Source: Chiloscyllium plagiosum (lineage: Eukaryota). Taken from it: a stretch of DNA of 39,905 bases. The stretch spans positions 14,612,762-14,652,666 of the forward strand of contig NC_057752.1 in assembly GCF_004010195.1 (NCBI RefSeq). Direction: 5' to 3'. The notes beneath the pieces were generated by a model. It saw only the letters and a program-made list of their open reading frames with translations. It made no database searches and was not told the DNA's origin. The position numbers were made by a program, and so were the translations under genes. This document shows, piece after piece, positions 11,041 through 22,066 of the stretch (positions are counted from its first letter, which is position 1; every line of letters starts with the position of its first letter).

Positions 11041-11234
11041 GATGTGGAGGAGCCGTGTTGGATTGGGGTGGACAAAGTTCAAAATCAAGCAACACCAGGT
11101 TATGGTCCAACAGGTTTATTTGGAAGCACTAGCTTTCGGAGCGCTGCTCCTTCATCAGCTGGAATCACCTGATGAAGGAGCAGCACTCTGAAAGCTCGTG
11201 CTCCTAAATAAACCTGTTTGACTATAACCTCGTA
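11041..11234. mobile_element. PLE-terminus-derived hairpin insertion with two inverted hammerhead motifs and a 13-bp TSD
   Basis: Arms 11097-11158 and 11169-11230 are reverse complements. TCCATTTTATTTG occurs at 11029-11041 and 11235-11247. Confidence 0.85.
11166..11200 (+). ncRNA. Minimal type I hammerhead ribozyme motif (inverted second copy at 11127-11161 on the minus strand)
   Basis: CAC CUGAUGA A GGAG CAGCA CUCU GAAA GCUC GUG: stem I CAC/GUG, conserved core, stem II, palindromic AGCU stem III and NUH triplet CUC. The minus copy has a perfect GGAGC/GCUCC stem II and a CUA triplet. Confidence 0.7.
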
Positions 11235-11537
11235 TCCATTTTATTTGTCATTCATGAGCTGGCCCTTGGTGACATGATTGAAATGTTGAAAATTCACAAG
11301 TGGCTCTGACTCCTCGTGTATTACTCAAGTCGGTACAGCTGCAACACTCTGAGATTGCTGAACCCTCCAATTCGGAGCTTTGAGAGCAAAGATTCAAATT
11401 GTCATGCAATCCTCCTTCATGTCTTCGAGTATAGAAGTCTTAAGCTCTGGAGCTCCCCACAAAAATAACTCTACGCATCTCTACTTTAAACATGTAAACG
11501 ATCATCTCACCAAATAGGTCACCGCGATGTTGAATGC

Positions 11538-11838
11538 CATAGAAAGAGGCCATTCAGAACATCAAGTCTGCACTGACCCTCCGAAGAGCATCTCACCCAG
11601 ACCCACCTTCCTATCCAATCCCTGTCACACTGCAATCCCCATGGCTAATGCACGAAGCTTGCACATCCTTGGACACTATGGAGCAATTTACCACAGCCAA
11701 TCCACCTTAACCTTTGGAATGTGGGAGAAAACCCATGCGGACATAGAGAGAATGTGCAAACTCCACACAGTCGCTGAGGCTGGAACTGAACCTGGGTCCC
11801 TGGGGCTGTGAGGCAACAGTGCTAACCATGAGCCACCC
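11538..11838 (-). mobile_element. HE1-type SINE
   Basis: Antisense GAGAATGTGCAAACTCCACACAG, GGAACTGAACC (B box) and GTGAGGCAACAGTGCTAACCATGAGCCACC (tRNA head). Confidence 0.88.
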
Positions 11839-11877
11839 TATATGTCATGTTATATTTTTGGATGCTTGAGGCAAAAA

Positions 11878-12715
11878 TACATGATTCAGGAGTGGAGTTG
11901 GGTCCTGAGGAGCCTTCATCCTGTTATACCTTTCCATAAGACAGTGACTCATTTTACTGTGGCCTCAACTCACTTTCCTGTCTTTATTCCAACTTCCATG
12001 AGTCCCTTGTCAACAAAGTCCACCACAATGACCCAGCATCCAAACTAGCAAAAAGGTCACCTCTCCTTCGGCTAAACTCCAATGAGTATGGACCCAACCT
12101 GTGTAACCTTCACTCACAAGATAACGCAGTCACCCCAGGAATCAGTTGAATGAGACTTTGTTGGACCACTAACAACTTAATGTTTTCATTTCTGAAGCAA
12201 AGGTGATTAAAGCTGTACACAATGCTCCACTTATGTTTTGACAAAAGAACTGTGCTGCTATACAAACATTTCTCTGTTTTTATACTTGATTCCCCTTCAG
12301 ATAAATGGCATTATTCAACTTGCCTTTCAAATTACATCCTGTACCTGCATGTTCACCTTTTGTGAATCATTTACCAAGACATCTGTAAATCAGAATTCTC
12401 CATTCTCTCCAGTCAAATAATATTCTGCTTTTTAATACATCCTTCTAAAGTGCACAAATTCATATAAGTCCCCATAAATCCATATTGTCCCACATTATGC
12501 TCCATGCAATGATTTCTTACCCACTCACTTAACCTATAGAAGCCTTTGTAGAATTTTCATGTCCGATAGCTAACTTACATGCCTACCACTCTCTTACATC
12601 AGCAAATTTAACTACCATACATTCAGACCCGACATCCAAGTCATTGGTGTAGATATTAAATATTTGAGGCCACAACTCTGATCTCTGATTCAGTGTAACA
12701 GCTTACCAATTTGAA
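11878..12715 (-). mobile_element. Old, heavily decayed CR1
   Basis: Antisense remnants ACATCAGCAAATTT (KFAD), TTCCCCTTCAGATAAATGGC.TTATTC.ACTTGCCTT and CCCACATTAT.CTCCAT. Confidence 0.6.
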
Positions 12716-12810
12716 AATGGCTAACAAATCCTCTATCCTTTTTGGAAGGCTTATTGCTGTAAACGTGATATTAAATAAAGAAGCTGTTGTCAAGTTTGCA
12801 TTCATAGTTG

Positions 12811-13110
12811 CAGAATCACAGAATCCCCACAGTGTGGAAGCAGGCTATTCAGCCCATCGAATATACAGTGACCCACCTCACGTCTGTAACTTCACATTTC
12901 CTAACTAATCCAACAAACCTACACATCCCTGGACACAATGAGCAAGTTAGCATGGCCCAACCATCTAACCTGCATATCTTTGAACCACAGGAGGACACCC
13001 ACACAGACACAGGGACAATGTGGAAACTCCACACGGACAGTCATTCAAGACTGGAATCGAACCTGGCACTGCGAGGCAGCAGAGCTAACTACTGAGGCAC
13101 TGTGCCGCCC
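12811..13110 (-). mobile_element. HE1-type SINE
   Basis: CAGAATCACAGAATCCCCACAGTGTGGAAGCAGGC tail, GGAATCGAACC B box and GCACTGTGCCGCCC 5' end. Confidence 0.88.
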
Positions 13111-13164
13111 CAAATTGCAGTCGCTCTATTGTTTGGTTAAACCACATGGAGGTTCAATTTGCCA

Positions 13165-14153
13165 AAGTGGAAGGTTTCATAATTTTACCACATTATACTT
13201 CATCTCTTCACTCACTTAACTCATTTATGCTCTTGTGACTTGCTTTCTGACAAGCCTTAGGATCATCAGAAAATTTAGCTGAAATGCATTTGGATCTTTT
13301 GTCGAAGTCACAAACATAGATTGCAAATTGTTGATGCCTCAATGCTGATTGCTGCAACACATCACTAATTACAGCTTCCATCCTGAAAATGTCCCATTTA
13401 TCCTGACGCTCAGCTTCCAGTTCGTTAGGTAGTTCTTAATCTATGCTAACATTTCAAGCCAATTCCCTAACCTCCTTTCTTGTACAGCAACGTATCATAT
13501 CAAACCTAATAACTTGCCTTTAGAATTCCAAATACACTGCATCTACTTGGTCCCCTTTTTAACCTGCCTGTTTGATCATCAAAGATATCTACTCGATTTC
13601 TCTATTCACAAAGAAACGTTCAGTCGGGCATTATTATTATTTTCAAATGTGCCACGACTGCCCCAGAGATTGGATTGCTTTTCTCAGCGGAAGGCATTAG
13701 CATCGCGAGTCTATGGTTTCGTACATTTATTTTTCCCTACTTTCCTGAGCGTAGATGATATATCTGCAGTTTCCAATCCATTGGAACCTTTCCAGAATCT
13801 GGGGAATTTTAAAACGTTACACACGCTCACATCCACCATTTCTGCTGCCATGTTTTTTCGAAAGTTAGTCCACAGACCACCAGATCTGCAAAGTAGTCAG
13901 TCTTAAGCTTCCTGATTATTCTCATTCCTAGATTTCTTTTCAAACCAAATGTAATTGTGACATATTATGATCACTCTTGTCTAGATGACCCTTTAATATG
14001 TGGTCTTTAATCAAGCTTTCCAAATTCCAGGTTTGTTCAAAATACCATGGTTGCTAAGAAATTGTCCCAAATACATGCTATGACCTCATCTTTGATGCTA
14101 CTCTTACCAATGTGATTTGTCCAATTGACATGAAGATTTAAATCATCCGTGAT
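13165..14153 (-). mobile_element. Old CR1 ORF2 remnants (RT and endonuclease pieces)
   Basis: ATCATCAGAAAATTT (KFSDD) near 13262-13276; IITDDLNLHVNW...IACIWDNFL (endonuclease GDFN region) at 14050-14155. Confidence 0.55.
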
Positions 14154-14154
14154 T

Positions 14155-15442
14155 ATAGAGTCATCGAGATGTACAGCACGGAAACAGACCCCTCGGTCCA
14201 ACCCGTCCATGCCGACCAGATATCCCAACCCAACCTAGTCCCACCTGCCAGCACCTTGCCCATATCCCTCCTAACGCTACCTATTCCTATACCCATACAA
14301 ATGCCTTTTAAATGTTGTAATTGTACCAGCCTCCACCACTTCCTCTGGCAGCTCATTCCATACACGTACCACCCTCTGTGTGAAAAAGTTGCCCCTTAGG
14401 TCTCTCTTATATCTTTCCCCTCTCACCCTGAATCTATGCCCTCTAGTTCTGGACTCCCCCACCCCAGGGAAAAGACTTTGTCTATTTACCCTATCCATGC
14501 CCCTCATAATTTTGTAAACTTCTAAGGTCACCCGTCAGCCTCCAACGCTCCAGGGAAAACAGCCTCAGCCTGTTCAGCCTCTCCCTATAGCTCAAATCCT
14601 CCAACCCTAGCAACACCCTTGTAAATCTTTTCTGAACCCTTTCAAGTTTTGCAACATCTTTCCAATTGGAAGGAGACCAGACTTGCACACAATATTCCAA
14701 AAGTGGCCTAACTAATGTCCTGCACAGCCGCAACATGACCTCCCAACTTCTGGACTCAATGCTCTGACCGATAAAGGAAAGCATACCAAACGCCGCCTTC
14801 ACTATCCTATCTACCTGTGACTCCACTTTCAAGGAACTATGAACCTGCACTCCAAGGTCTCTTTGTTCAGCAACTCTCCCCAGGACCTTACCATTAAGTG
14901 TATAAGTCCTGCTAAGATTTGCTTTCCCAGAATGCAGCACCTCACATTTATCTGAATTAAATTCCATTTGCCACTTCTCAGCCCATTGGCCCATCTGGTC
15001 CAGATCCTGTTGTAATTTGAGGTAACCTTCTTCACTGTCCATTACACCTCCAATTGTGGTGTCATCTGAAAACTTACTAACTGTACTTCTTATGCTCGTA
15101 TCCAAATCATTTTTGTAAATGACAAAAAGTAGAGGACCCAGCACCGATTCATGTGGCACTCCACTGGTCACAGGCCTCCAGTCTGAAAAACAACCCTCCA
15201 CCACCACCCTATCTTCTACCTTTGAGCCAGTTCTGTATCCAAATGGCGAGTTCTCCCTGTACTCCATGAGATCTAACCTTGCTAACCAGTCTCCCATGGG
15301 GAACCCTGTCAAACACCTTACTGAAGTCCATATAGATCACATCTACCACTCTGCCCTCATCAATCCTCTTTGTTACTTCTTCAAAAAACTCAATCAAGTT
15401 TGTGAGACATGATTTCCCACGCACAAAGCCATGTTGACTATC
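14155..15442 (-). mobile_element. Young CR1 LINE, 5'-truncated, RT domain
   Basis: VDVIYMDFSKVFDRVPH, VTSGVPHESVLGPLLFVIY, SKFSDDTTIGG, RDLGVQV and EYCVQVWSP; frameshifted; GACTCTAT tail. Confidence 0.95.
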
Positions 15443-15454
15443 TAAGCATGCTTA

Positions 15455-16328
15455 TTTTCTATTCATCCATGAGATGTGGGGGTCACTGGCTGGGCTAACA
15501 TTTATTACCCCATCCCTAGTTGCCCCCTTGAGAAGGTGGGAGTGAGCTGCCTTCTTGAACCGCTACAGTCCGTGTGCTGTGGGTTGACCAACAATGCCCT
15601 GAGGAAGGGAATTCCAGGGTTTTGACCCAGCGAACTATTCCCAAGTCAGGATGGTGAGGGGCTTGGAGGGGAACTTGCAGGGGGTGGTGTTCCAATGTAT
15701 CTGCTGCCCTTGTCCTTCTAGATGGAAGTGGTCGTGGGTTTGGAAGGTGCTGTCTGAGGATCTTTGGTGAATTTCTGCAGTGCATCTTGAAGATGGTACA
15801 CACTGCTCTACTGACCGTTGGTGACTGAGGGAATGGATGTTTGTGGATGTGGGGCCAATTAAGCGGCTGCTTTGTCCTGGATGGTGTCGAGCTTCTTGAG
15901 TGTTGTTGGAGCTGCCCCCATCCAGGGGCAAGTGGGGAGTATTCCATCACCCTCCTGACTTGTGCCTTGTAGATGGTGGGACAGGCTTTGCGGAGTCAGG
16001 AGGTGAGTTACCCGTTGCAGGATTCCTAGCCTCTGACCTGTTCTTGGAGCCACAGTGTTTATATGATGAGTCCAGTTCAGTTGCTGATCAATGGTTACCC
16101 CCAGGATGTTGATAGTGGGGGATTCAGTGTCAGTAACACCATTGAACATCAAGGGTGATTGTTAGATTGTCTTTTATTGGTGATGGTCTTAGCCTGGCAT
16201 TTGTGTGGCATGAATGTTACTTGTCAATTGTTGGCCCAAGCCTGGATATTGTCCAGATCTTGTTGCATTTGAACATGGACTGCTTCAGTGTCTGAGGAGT
16301 TGCAAATGGTGCTGAACATTGTGCATCC
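15455..16328 (-). mobile_element. CR1/L2-group non-LTR retrotransposon (family B), 5'-truncated
   Basis: SPTINILGVTIDQQLNWTHHINTVA..GQRLGIL.RV.HLL, MEYSPL and LKKLDTIQDKAA motifs. The 3' end is homologous to 20206-21130. Confidence 0.85.
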
Positions 16329-16543
16329 ATCGGGGTTGTGCTTGGATATTCCAGGAATCATCCAAGATGGAGGAATCCACGTTAGTTAGCAGAACGAGTG
16401 TCGGTGTGAACCAACAAGGGATTTTCTTTCTATCATTGGTCTTTGTGCCATGAGATAACATTGGATTTGGAATGAAAGTTGGAGATTCGCAGGTCACAAC
16501 TGTCTCAATCGCAGACTACTGTGCTGCCACCTCTGGCGATCCT

Positions 16544-16544
<1 letters not shown>

Positions 16545-16606
<62 letters not shown>

Positions 16607-16922
16607 NNNNNNNNNNNNNNNNNNNNNNNNNNNNNNNNNNNNNNNNNNNNNNNNNNNNNNNNNNNNNNNNNNNNNNNNNNNNNNNNNNNNNNNNNNNNNN
16701 NNNNNNNNNNNNNNNNNNNNNNNNNNNNNNNNNNNNNNNNNNNNNNNNNNNNNNNNNNNNNNNNNNNNNNNNNNNNNNNNNNNNNNNNNNNNNNNNNNNN
16801 NNNNNNNNNNNNNNNNNNNNNNNNNNNNNNNNNNNNNNNNNNNNNNNNNNNNNNNNNNNNNNNNNNNNNNNNNNNNGAGTGCGTGTGTGAGTGTGTGAGA
16901 GTGTGTGTATGTGTGTGTGTGT
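16545..16922. repeat. (GT)n microsatellite spanning a 270-N gap (16607-16876)
   Basis: Perfect (GT)31 at 16545-16606 and degenerate GT at 16877-16922. Confidence 0.97.
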
Positions 16923-17300
16923 CTTCTGCTCAATAAAACTGTGAAATGTTTAATAATTCAAACTAACATCACTTGGATAGTCAAGAATTGCAAGTTTGAT
17001 ATTTTCCTCACGGAAAGTTGGTAATCTGCCAGCTCATATTCAGGGACAGTTCATTCTTTAGACCATGCTAAAAGGTGCCTCACTGTCTAGAACTTGGTGA
17101 CTGCTCGGTTTCGCCTGAGCAGTCAGTGTTCACCGAACCAATAATGGCTTTAAATCAGAAATATTTAACATTGTGAGATATGGAGAAGGAAGGTAAAAGG
17201 GAGATAGCGCAAAAGAACTGAAAGAGGGAAGCAGGGATACAGCGGGAAAGAGCAAGGTGAAATAAATTTAAATGCAGGCATGAAAGGGTTGGGAGAAAGG

Positions 17301-17324
17301 GAGAGAGAGAGAGAGAGAGAGAGA
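17301..17324. repeat. (GA)12 microsatellite
   Basis: Direct read. Confidence 0.95.
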
Positions 17325-17344
17325 TGGGGAGGAAGGAAAAGATG

Positions 17345-17425
17345 AAAGGAACAATTTGCCTTTCCAGAATGTTTCTTCAGAATGTCAGGATATCCCAAAG
17401 AACTTCACAGTCAGTGAAGTACTGC
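17345..17425 (-). mobile_element. Possible DeuSINE (SacSINE1/AmnSINE-like) 3' tail remnant
   Basis: Antisense AGTACTTCACTGACTGTGAAGTTCTTTGGGATATCCTGA resembles the remembered tail AGTACTTCATTGGCTGTAAAGCGCTTTGGGACGTCCTGA. Confidence 0.45.
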
Positions 17426-17545
17426 TGATGCTTTAGGTTTCATTAATTTAACAGCCCACCACCAATCACCCAAATAATCAACAAAACAAACACTGAATAA
17501 GCACTCCACACCAGGGGCAATGCAACAATACCAAAAGTGAAGGAA

Positions 17546-17740
17546 GAGACAAAAAAACTGCAGATGCTGGAATCCAAAGTAGGCAGGCAGGAGTCTGGGA
17601 GGACACAGCAGGCCAGGCAACGTCAGAAGGTGGAAACGTCAATGTTTCAGATATAACCCTTATACCAGAAACATTGACTTCTCCACCTCCTGATGTTGCC
17701 TGGCTTGCTGTGTCCTCCCAGCCTCCTGCTTGTCTACTTT
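17546..17740. mobile_element. PLE-terminus-derived asymmetric hairpin
   Basis: AAAACTGCAGATGCTGGAA terminus. Arms 17576-17648 and 17668-17740 are reverse complements; the hammerhead core is deleted at the loop. Confidence 0.8.
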
Positions 17741-17751
17741 ACCCACAAAAG

Positions 17752-18274
17752 CATAGAGTCATAGAAATATACAGCACAGAAATAGACCATTCGGTCCAAC
17801 TCATCCATGCCGACCAGATATCCAAAACTAATCAAGTCCCATTTTCCAGCACTTGGCCCATATCCCTCGAAACCCTTCCTAATCATATCCCCATCCAGAT
17901 GCCTTTTAAATGCTGTAATTGTACCAGCCTCCACCACTTCCTCTGGCAGCTCATTCCATACACGTACCACCCTCTGCGTGAAAGGTTGCCCCTTTGGTCA
18001 CTTTTAAATCTTTCCCCTCTCACCCTAAACCTATGGCTTCTAGTTCTGGATTCCAACACCCCAGGGAAAAGACCTTGTCTATTTACCCTACCCAAGTTCT
18101 TCGTGATTTTATAAACCTCTATAAGGTCACTCCTCAAACTCCAACACTCCAGGGAAAACAGCCCCAGCCTATTCAGCCTCTCTCTGTATATCAAATCCTC
18201 AAACATCCTTGTAAATCTTTTCTGAACCTTTCATGTTTCACAACATCTTTCCAACAGGAGGGAGACCAGAATTA
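17752..18274 (-). mobile_element. Young CR1 LINE 3' fragment
   Basis: CATAGAGTCATAG tail; ORF 17883-18206 contains YRERLNRLGLFSLE..LRSDLIEVYKI. Confidence 0.93.
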
Positions 18275-18275
18275 G

Positions 18276-19705
18276 ATCACAGAGTCATAGAGATGTACAG
18301 CATGGAAACAGACCCAACTCGCCCATGCTGACCAGATATCCTAACCTAATCTAGTCCCATTTGCCAGCATTTGACCCATATCCCTCTAAACCCTTCCTAT
18401 TCATATACCCATCCAGATGCCTTTTAAATGTTGTCATTGTACCAGCCTCCACCACTTCCTCTGGCAGCTCGTTCCATACACGCACCACTCCCTGTGCGAA
18501 AAAAGTTGCTCCATATATCCCTTTTATATCTTTCTCTTCTCACCCTAAACCTGTGCCCTCTAGTTCTGGATTCCCCCTCTTTACTCGATCCATGCCCCTC
18601 ATGATTTTATAAACCTCTATAAGGTCACCCCTCAGCCTCAGACATTCCAAGGAAAACAGCCCCAGCCTATTCAGCCTCTCCTTGTAGCTCAAATTCTCCA
18701 ACTCTGGCAACATCCTTGTAAATCTTTTCTGAACCCTTTCAAGTTTCACAACATCTTTCCGATCGGAGGGAGACCAGATTTGCACGCAATATTCCAAAAG
18801 TGGCCTAATCAACGTCCTGTACATCCACAATATGACCTCCCAACTCCTGTACTCAATGCTCTGACCAATAAAGGAAAGCATACCTATCCTATCTACCTGC
18901 GACTCCACTTTCAAGGAGCTATGAACCTGCACTCCAAGGTCTCTTTGTTCAGCAACACTCCCTAGGATCTTATCATTAAGTGTATAAGTCCTGCTAAGAT
19001 TTGCTTTCCAAAAATGCAGCACCTCACATTTATCTGAATTAACCTCCATCTGCCACTTCTCAGCCCATTGGCCCATCTTGTCCAGATCCTGTTGTAATCT
19101 GAGGTAACCGTCTTCGCTGTTCACTACACCTGCAATTTTGGTGTCATCTGCAAACTTACTAACTATACCTCCTATGTTCACATCCAAATCAGTTACATAA
19201 ATGACAAAACGTAGTGGACCAGCACCGATCCTTGTGACACTCCACTGGTCACAGGCCTCCAGTCTGAAAAACAACCCTCCACCACCACCCTCTGTCTTCT
19301 ACCTTTGAGCCAGTTCTGTATCCAAATGGCTAACTCTCCCTGTATTCCATGAGATCTAACCTTGCTAACCAGTCTCCCAAGGGGAACCTTGTTGAACACC
19401 TTACTGAACTCCATATAGATCACGTCCACTGTTCTGCCCTCATCAATCCTCTTTGTTACTTCTTCAAAAAACTCAATCAAGTTTGTGAGACATGATTTCC
19501 CACGACAAAGCCATGTTGACTATCCCGAATCAGTCCTTGCCTTTCTAAATACATGTACATCCTGTCCCTCAGGATTCCCTCCAACAACTTGCCGACCACC
19601 GAGGTCAGGCTCACTGGTCTATAGTTCCCTGGCTTGTCCTTACCGCCCTTCTTAAACAGTGGCACCACATTCGCCAACCTCGAGTGTTCCAGCACCTCAC
19701 CTGTG
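18276..19705 (-). mobile_element. Young CR1 LINE RT region running into a gap
   Basis: ANVVPLFKKG, NYRPVSLTSVVGKLLE, DVIYMEFSKVF, VTSGVSQGSVL, SKFADDTKI and LRGDLIEVYKIMRG motifs. Confidence 0.95.
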
Positions 19706-20205
19706 NNNNNNNNNNNNNNNNNNNNNNNNNNNNNNNNNNNNNNNNNNNNNNNNNNNNNNNNNNNNNNNNNNNNNNNNNNNNNNNNNNNNNNNNNNNNNNN
19801 NNNNNNNNNNNNNNNNNNNNNNNNNNNNNNNNNNNNNNNNNNNNNNNNNNNNNNNNNNNNNNNNNNNNNNNNNNNNNNNNNNNNNNNNNNNNNNNNNNNN
19901 NNNNNNNNNNNNNNNNNNNNNNNNNNNNNNNNNNNNNNNNNNNNNNNNNNNNNNNNNNNNNNNNNNNNNNNNNNNNNNNNNNNNNNNNNNNNNNNNNNNN
20001 NNNNNNNNNNNNNNNNNNNNNNNNNNNNNNNNNNNNNNNNNNNNNNNNNNNNNNNNNNNNNNNNNNNNNNNNNNNNNNNNNNNNNNNNNNNNNNNNNNNN
20101 NNNNNNNNNNNNNNNNNNNNNNNNNNNNNNNNNNNNNNNNNNNNNNNNNNNNNNNNNNNNNNNNNNNNNNNNNNNNNNNNNNNNNNNNNNNNNNNNNNNN
20201 NNNNN
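19706..20205. other. Assembly gap (500 N)
   Basis: Run of N. Confidence 1.
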
Positions 20206-21130
20206 AGCCCAATCATCTTCTTCTGCTTCATCAATCACCTTCCCTCCATGATAAGGTCAAAAGTGGGGATTTTCGCTGATGATTGTACAATGTTCAGCAT
20301 CATTCATATCTGCTCAGATACTGAAGCAGTCCGTGTTCAACTGCAACAAGATCTGGACAATGTCCAGGCTTAGGCTGACAAGTGGCAAGTAACATTTGTG
20401 CCATGCAAATGCCAGGCTATGACCATCACCAACAAGAGACAATCTAACTCCTGACCATTGACATTCAATAGTGTTTCCAAACTCAATACCCACTATCTAC
20501 AGCTTTGGGTTTACTATTGATGAGAAACTCAACTGGCCTCACCACGTAAATACAGTAGCGACATGAGCAGGTTGGAAGCTGGTTATACTCATCACCAGAC
20601 ATCCCAAAACCTGTCCACCATCTCCAAGGCACAAATCAGGACTATGACGGAATACGTCCCCACTCACTTGGATGGGTACAGTCCTAACAACACTCAAGAA
20701 GCTTAACACCATCCAGGACAACACAACCCGCTTGATCAGCGCTTCATCCACACGCATCCACCCCCTCCACCACCAACACTGAGTAGCTACTATCTACAAA
20801 ATGCACTGCAGAAATTCCTCAGACAACACCTTCCAAATCCACGAACACTCCCATCCCGAAGGACAAGGACATGGGAACACCACCACCTTCAAGTTCCCAT
20901 CCAAGTCACTCACCACACTGACTTGGAAATATATTGCCCTTCCTCCACTGTCGCTGTGTCAAGATCCTGGAATTCCCTCCCTCAGGGCATTGTGCGTTAT
21001 CACACAACACACGGACTACAGCAGTTCATGAAGGCAGCTCACCCTCACCTTCTCAAGGAGCAAGTAGGGATGGCACAATAATACTGTGGCCAGCCAGCGA
21101 CAGCCACATTCCTCAACATGAATTTTTAAA
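20206..21130 (+). mobile_element. CR1/L2-group family B LINE, RT C-terminal half and 3' end
   Basis: PIIFFCFINHLPSMIRSKVGIFADDCTMF, QLQQDLDNVQA*ADKWQVTF and LKKLNTIQD motifs; homologous to 15455-16328. Confidence 0.88.
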
Positions 21131-21146
21131 AACATTCCTTCACGCC

Positions 21147-21273
21147 GAGGATCACTCCATCGATCGTTCAGCTTCCTGATCGCTCTCTCGATCATCCATC
21201 CAGAGAATCATTCCCTCAATCATCCATGCAGAGGATCACTCTCTCGATCATCCATGCAGAGGATCACTCCCTC
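21147..21273. repeat. 28-bp tandem repeat, about 4.5 units
   Basis: Unit GAGGATCACTCYCTCGATCATCCATGCA at 21147, (21175, degenerate), 21203, 21231 and 21259. Confidence 0.85.
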
Positions 21274-21610
21274 AGTGCTTCACTGGAATTGAACAATGAG
21301 ACTCAATGGACAATATCAAATCCAACTAAAAAAGTGACAGAGACAGGGATAGAGAAAGGGTCAGATAGAGGGAGAGAGTGACAGAGGCGGAGAGAGAAGT
21401 GTGAGTCAGGTAGAGACAAGAGTCCAATTTGTGACACTCACAGATTGCTGATTCTATGAAACTGCCGGACTCCCTCCTTGTTCATTCTCTGATATTTCAG
21501 TTCTGTTACATCACTGACACTCTAAATAAAACACAGCTGTCCGCCAGCAAGTGTGATCCGACAGTGTGGCAATAATTCAGCAAAGGTCTTCCTGAAATCT
21601 AATGCTGTCT

Positions 21611-22066
21611 CAGCGCTGACCCTCCGACATTGTGGCACTTGCTCAGCATTGACCATCTGACAGTGCGGCACTCCCTCAGAATTTACCCTCTGACAATGCA
21701 GCATTCCCACAGTCCTGACCCTCCGACAGTGCAGCAGTCCATCAGCACTGACCTTCCGACAGTGCAGCACTCTCTCAGCATTGACCCTCCAACAGTGCGG
21801 CACTCCCTCAGTTCTGACCCTCCGACAGTGTGGCACTCCCTCAGTACTGACCCTCCGACAGTGCAGCACTCCCTCAGTACTGACCCTCTGACAGTCAGCG
21901 CTCCCTCACCACTGACCGTCTGACAGTGCTGCAGTCTCTCAGTACTGACCCTCGGATGGTGAGGTACTGCCTCAGCACTGACCCACTGACGGTGCGGCAC
22001 TCCCTCAGTACTGACCCTCTGACAATGCTGCACTCCCTCAGTATTGAATGCACTGACAATGCTGCA
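21611..22066. repeat. 33-bp minisatellite, about 13-14 units, probably DeuSINE-derived
   Basis: Unit CAGTACTGACCCTCCGACAGTGCAGCACTCCCT at 21611, 21644, 21677, 21710, 21743 and onward. Antisense CAGTACTGAGGGAGTGCTGCACTGTCGGAGG matches my recollection of the Deu-domain SINE core. Confidence 0.9.

Noticed and set aside
16522..16539. CTCF-like site TCGCCAGAGGTGGCAGCA (minus strand)
   Set aside because: It does not fit CCASYAGRKGGC in a single register, and a short motif cannot be supported without data.
16472..20373. Long ORFs containing X runs (also 9816-10340)
   Set aside because: Artefacts of N gaps and (GT)n translation.
21522..22033. Cys/His-rich repeat proteins (zinc-finger-like) from ORFs 21522-21869, 21630-21923 and 21683-22033
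   Set aside because: These are translations of a 33-bp minisatellite that is open in several frames on both strands, which is expected without coding function.
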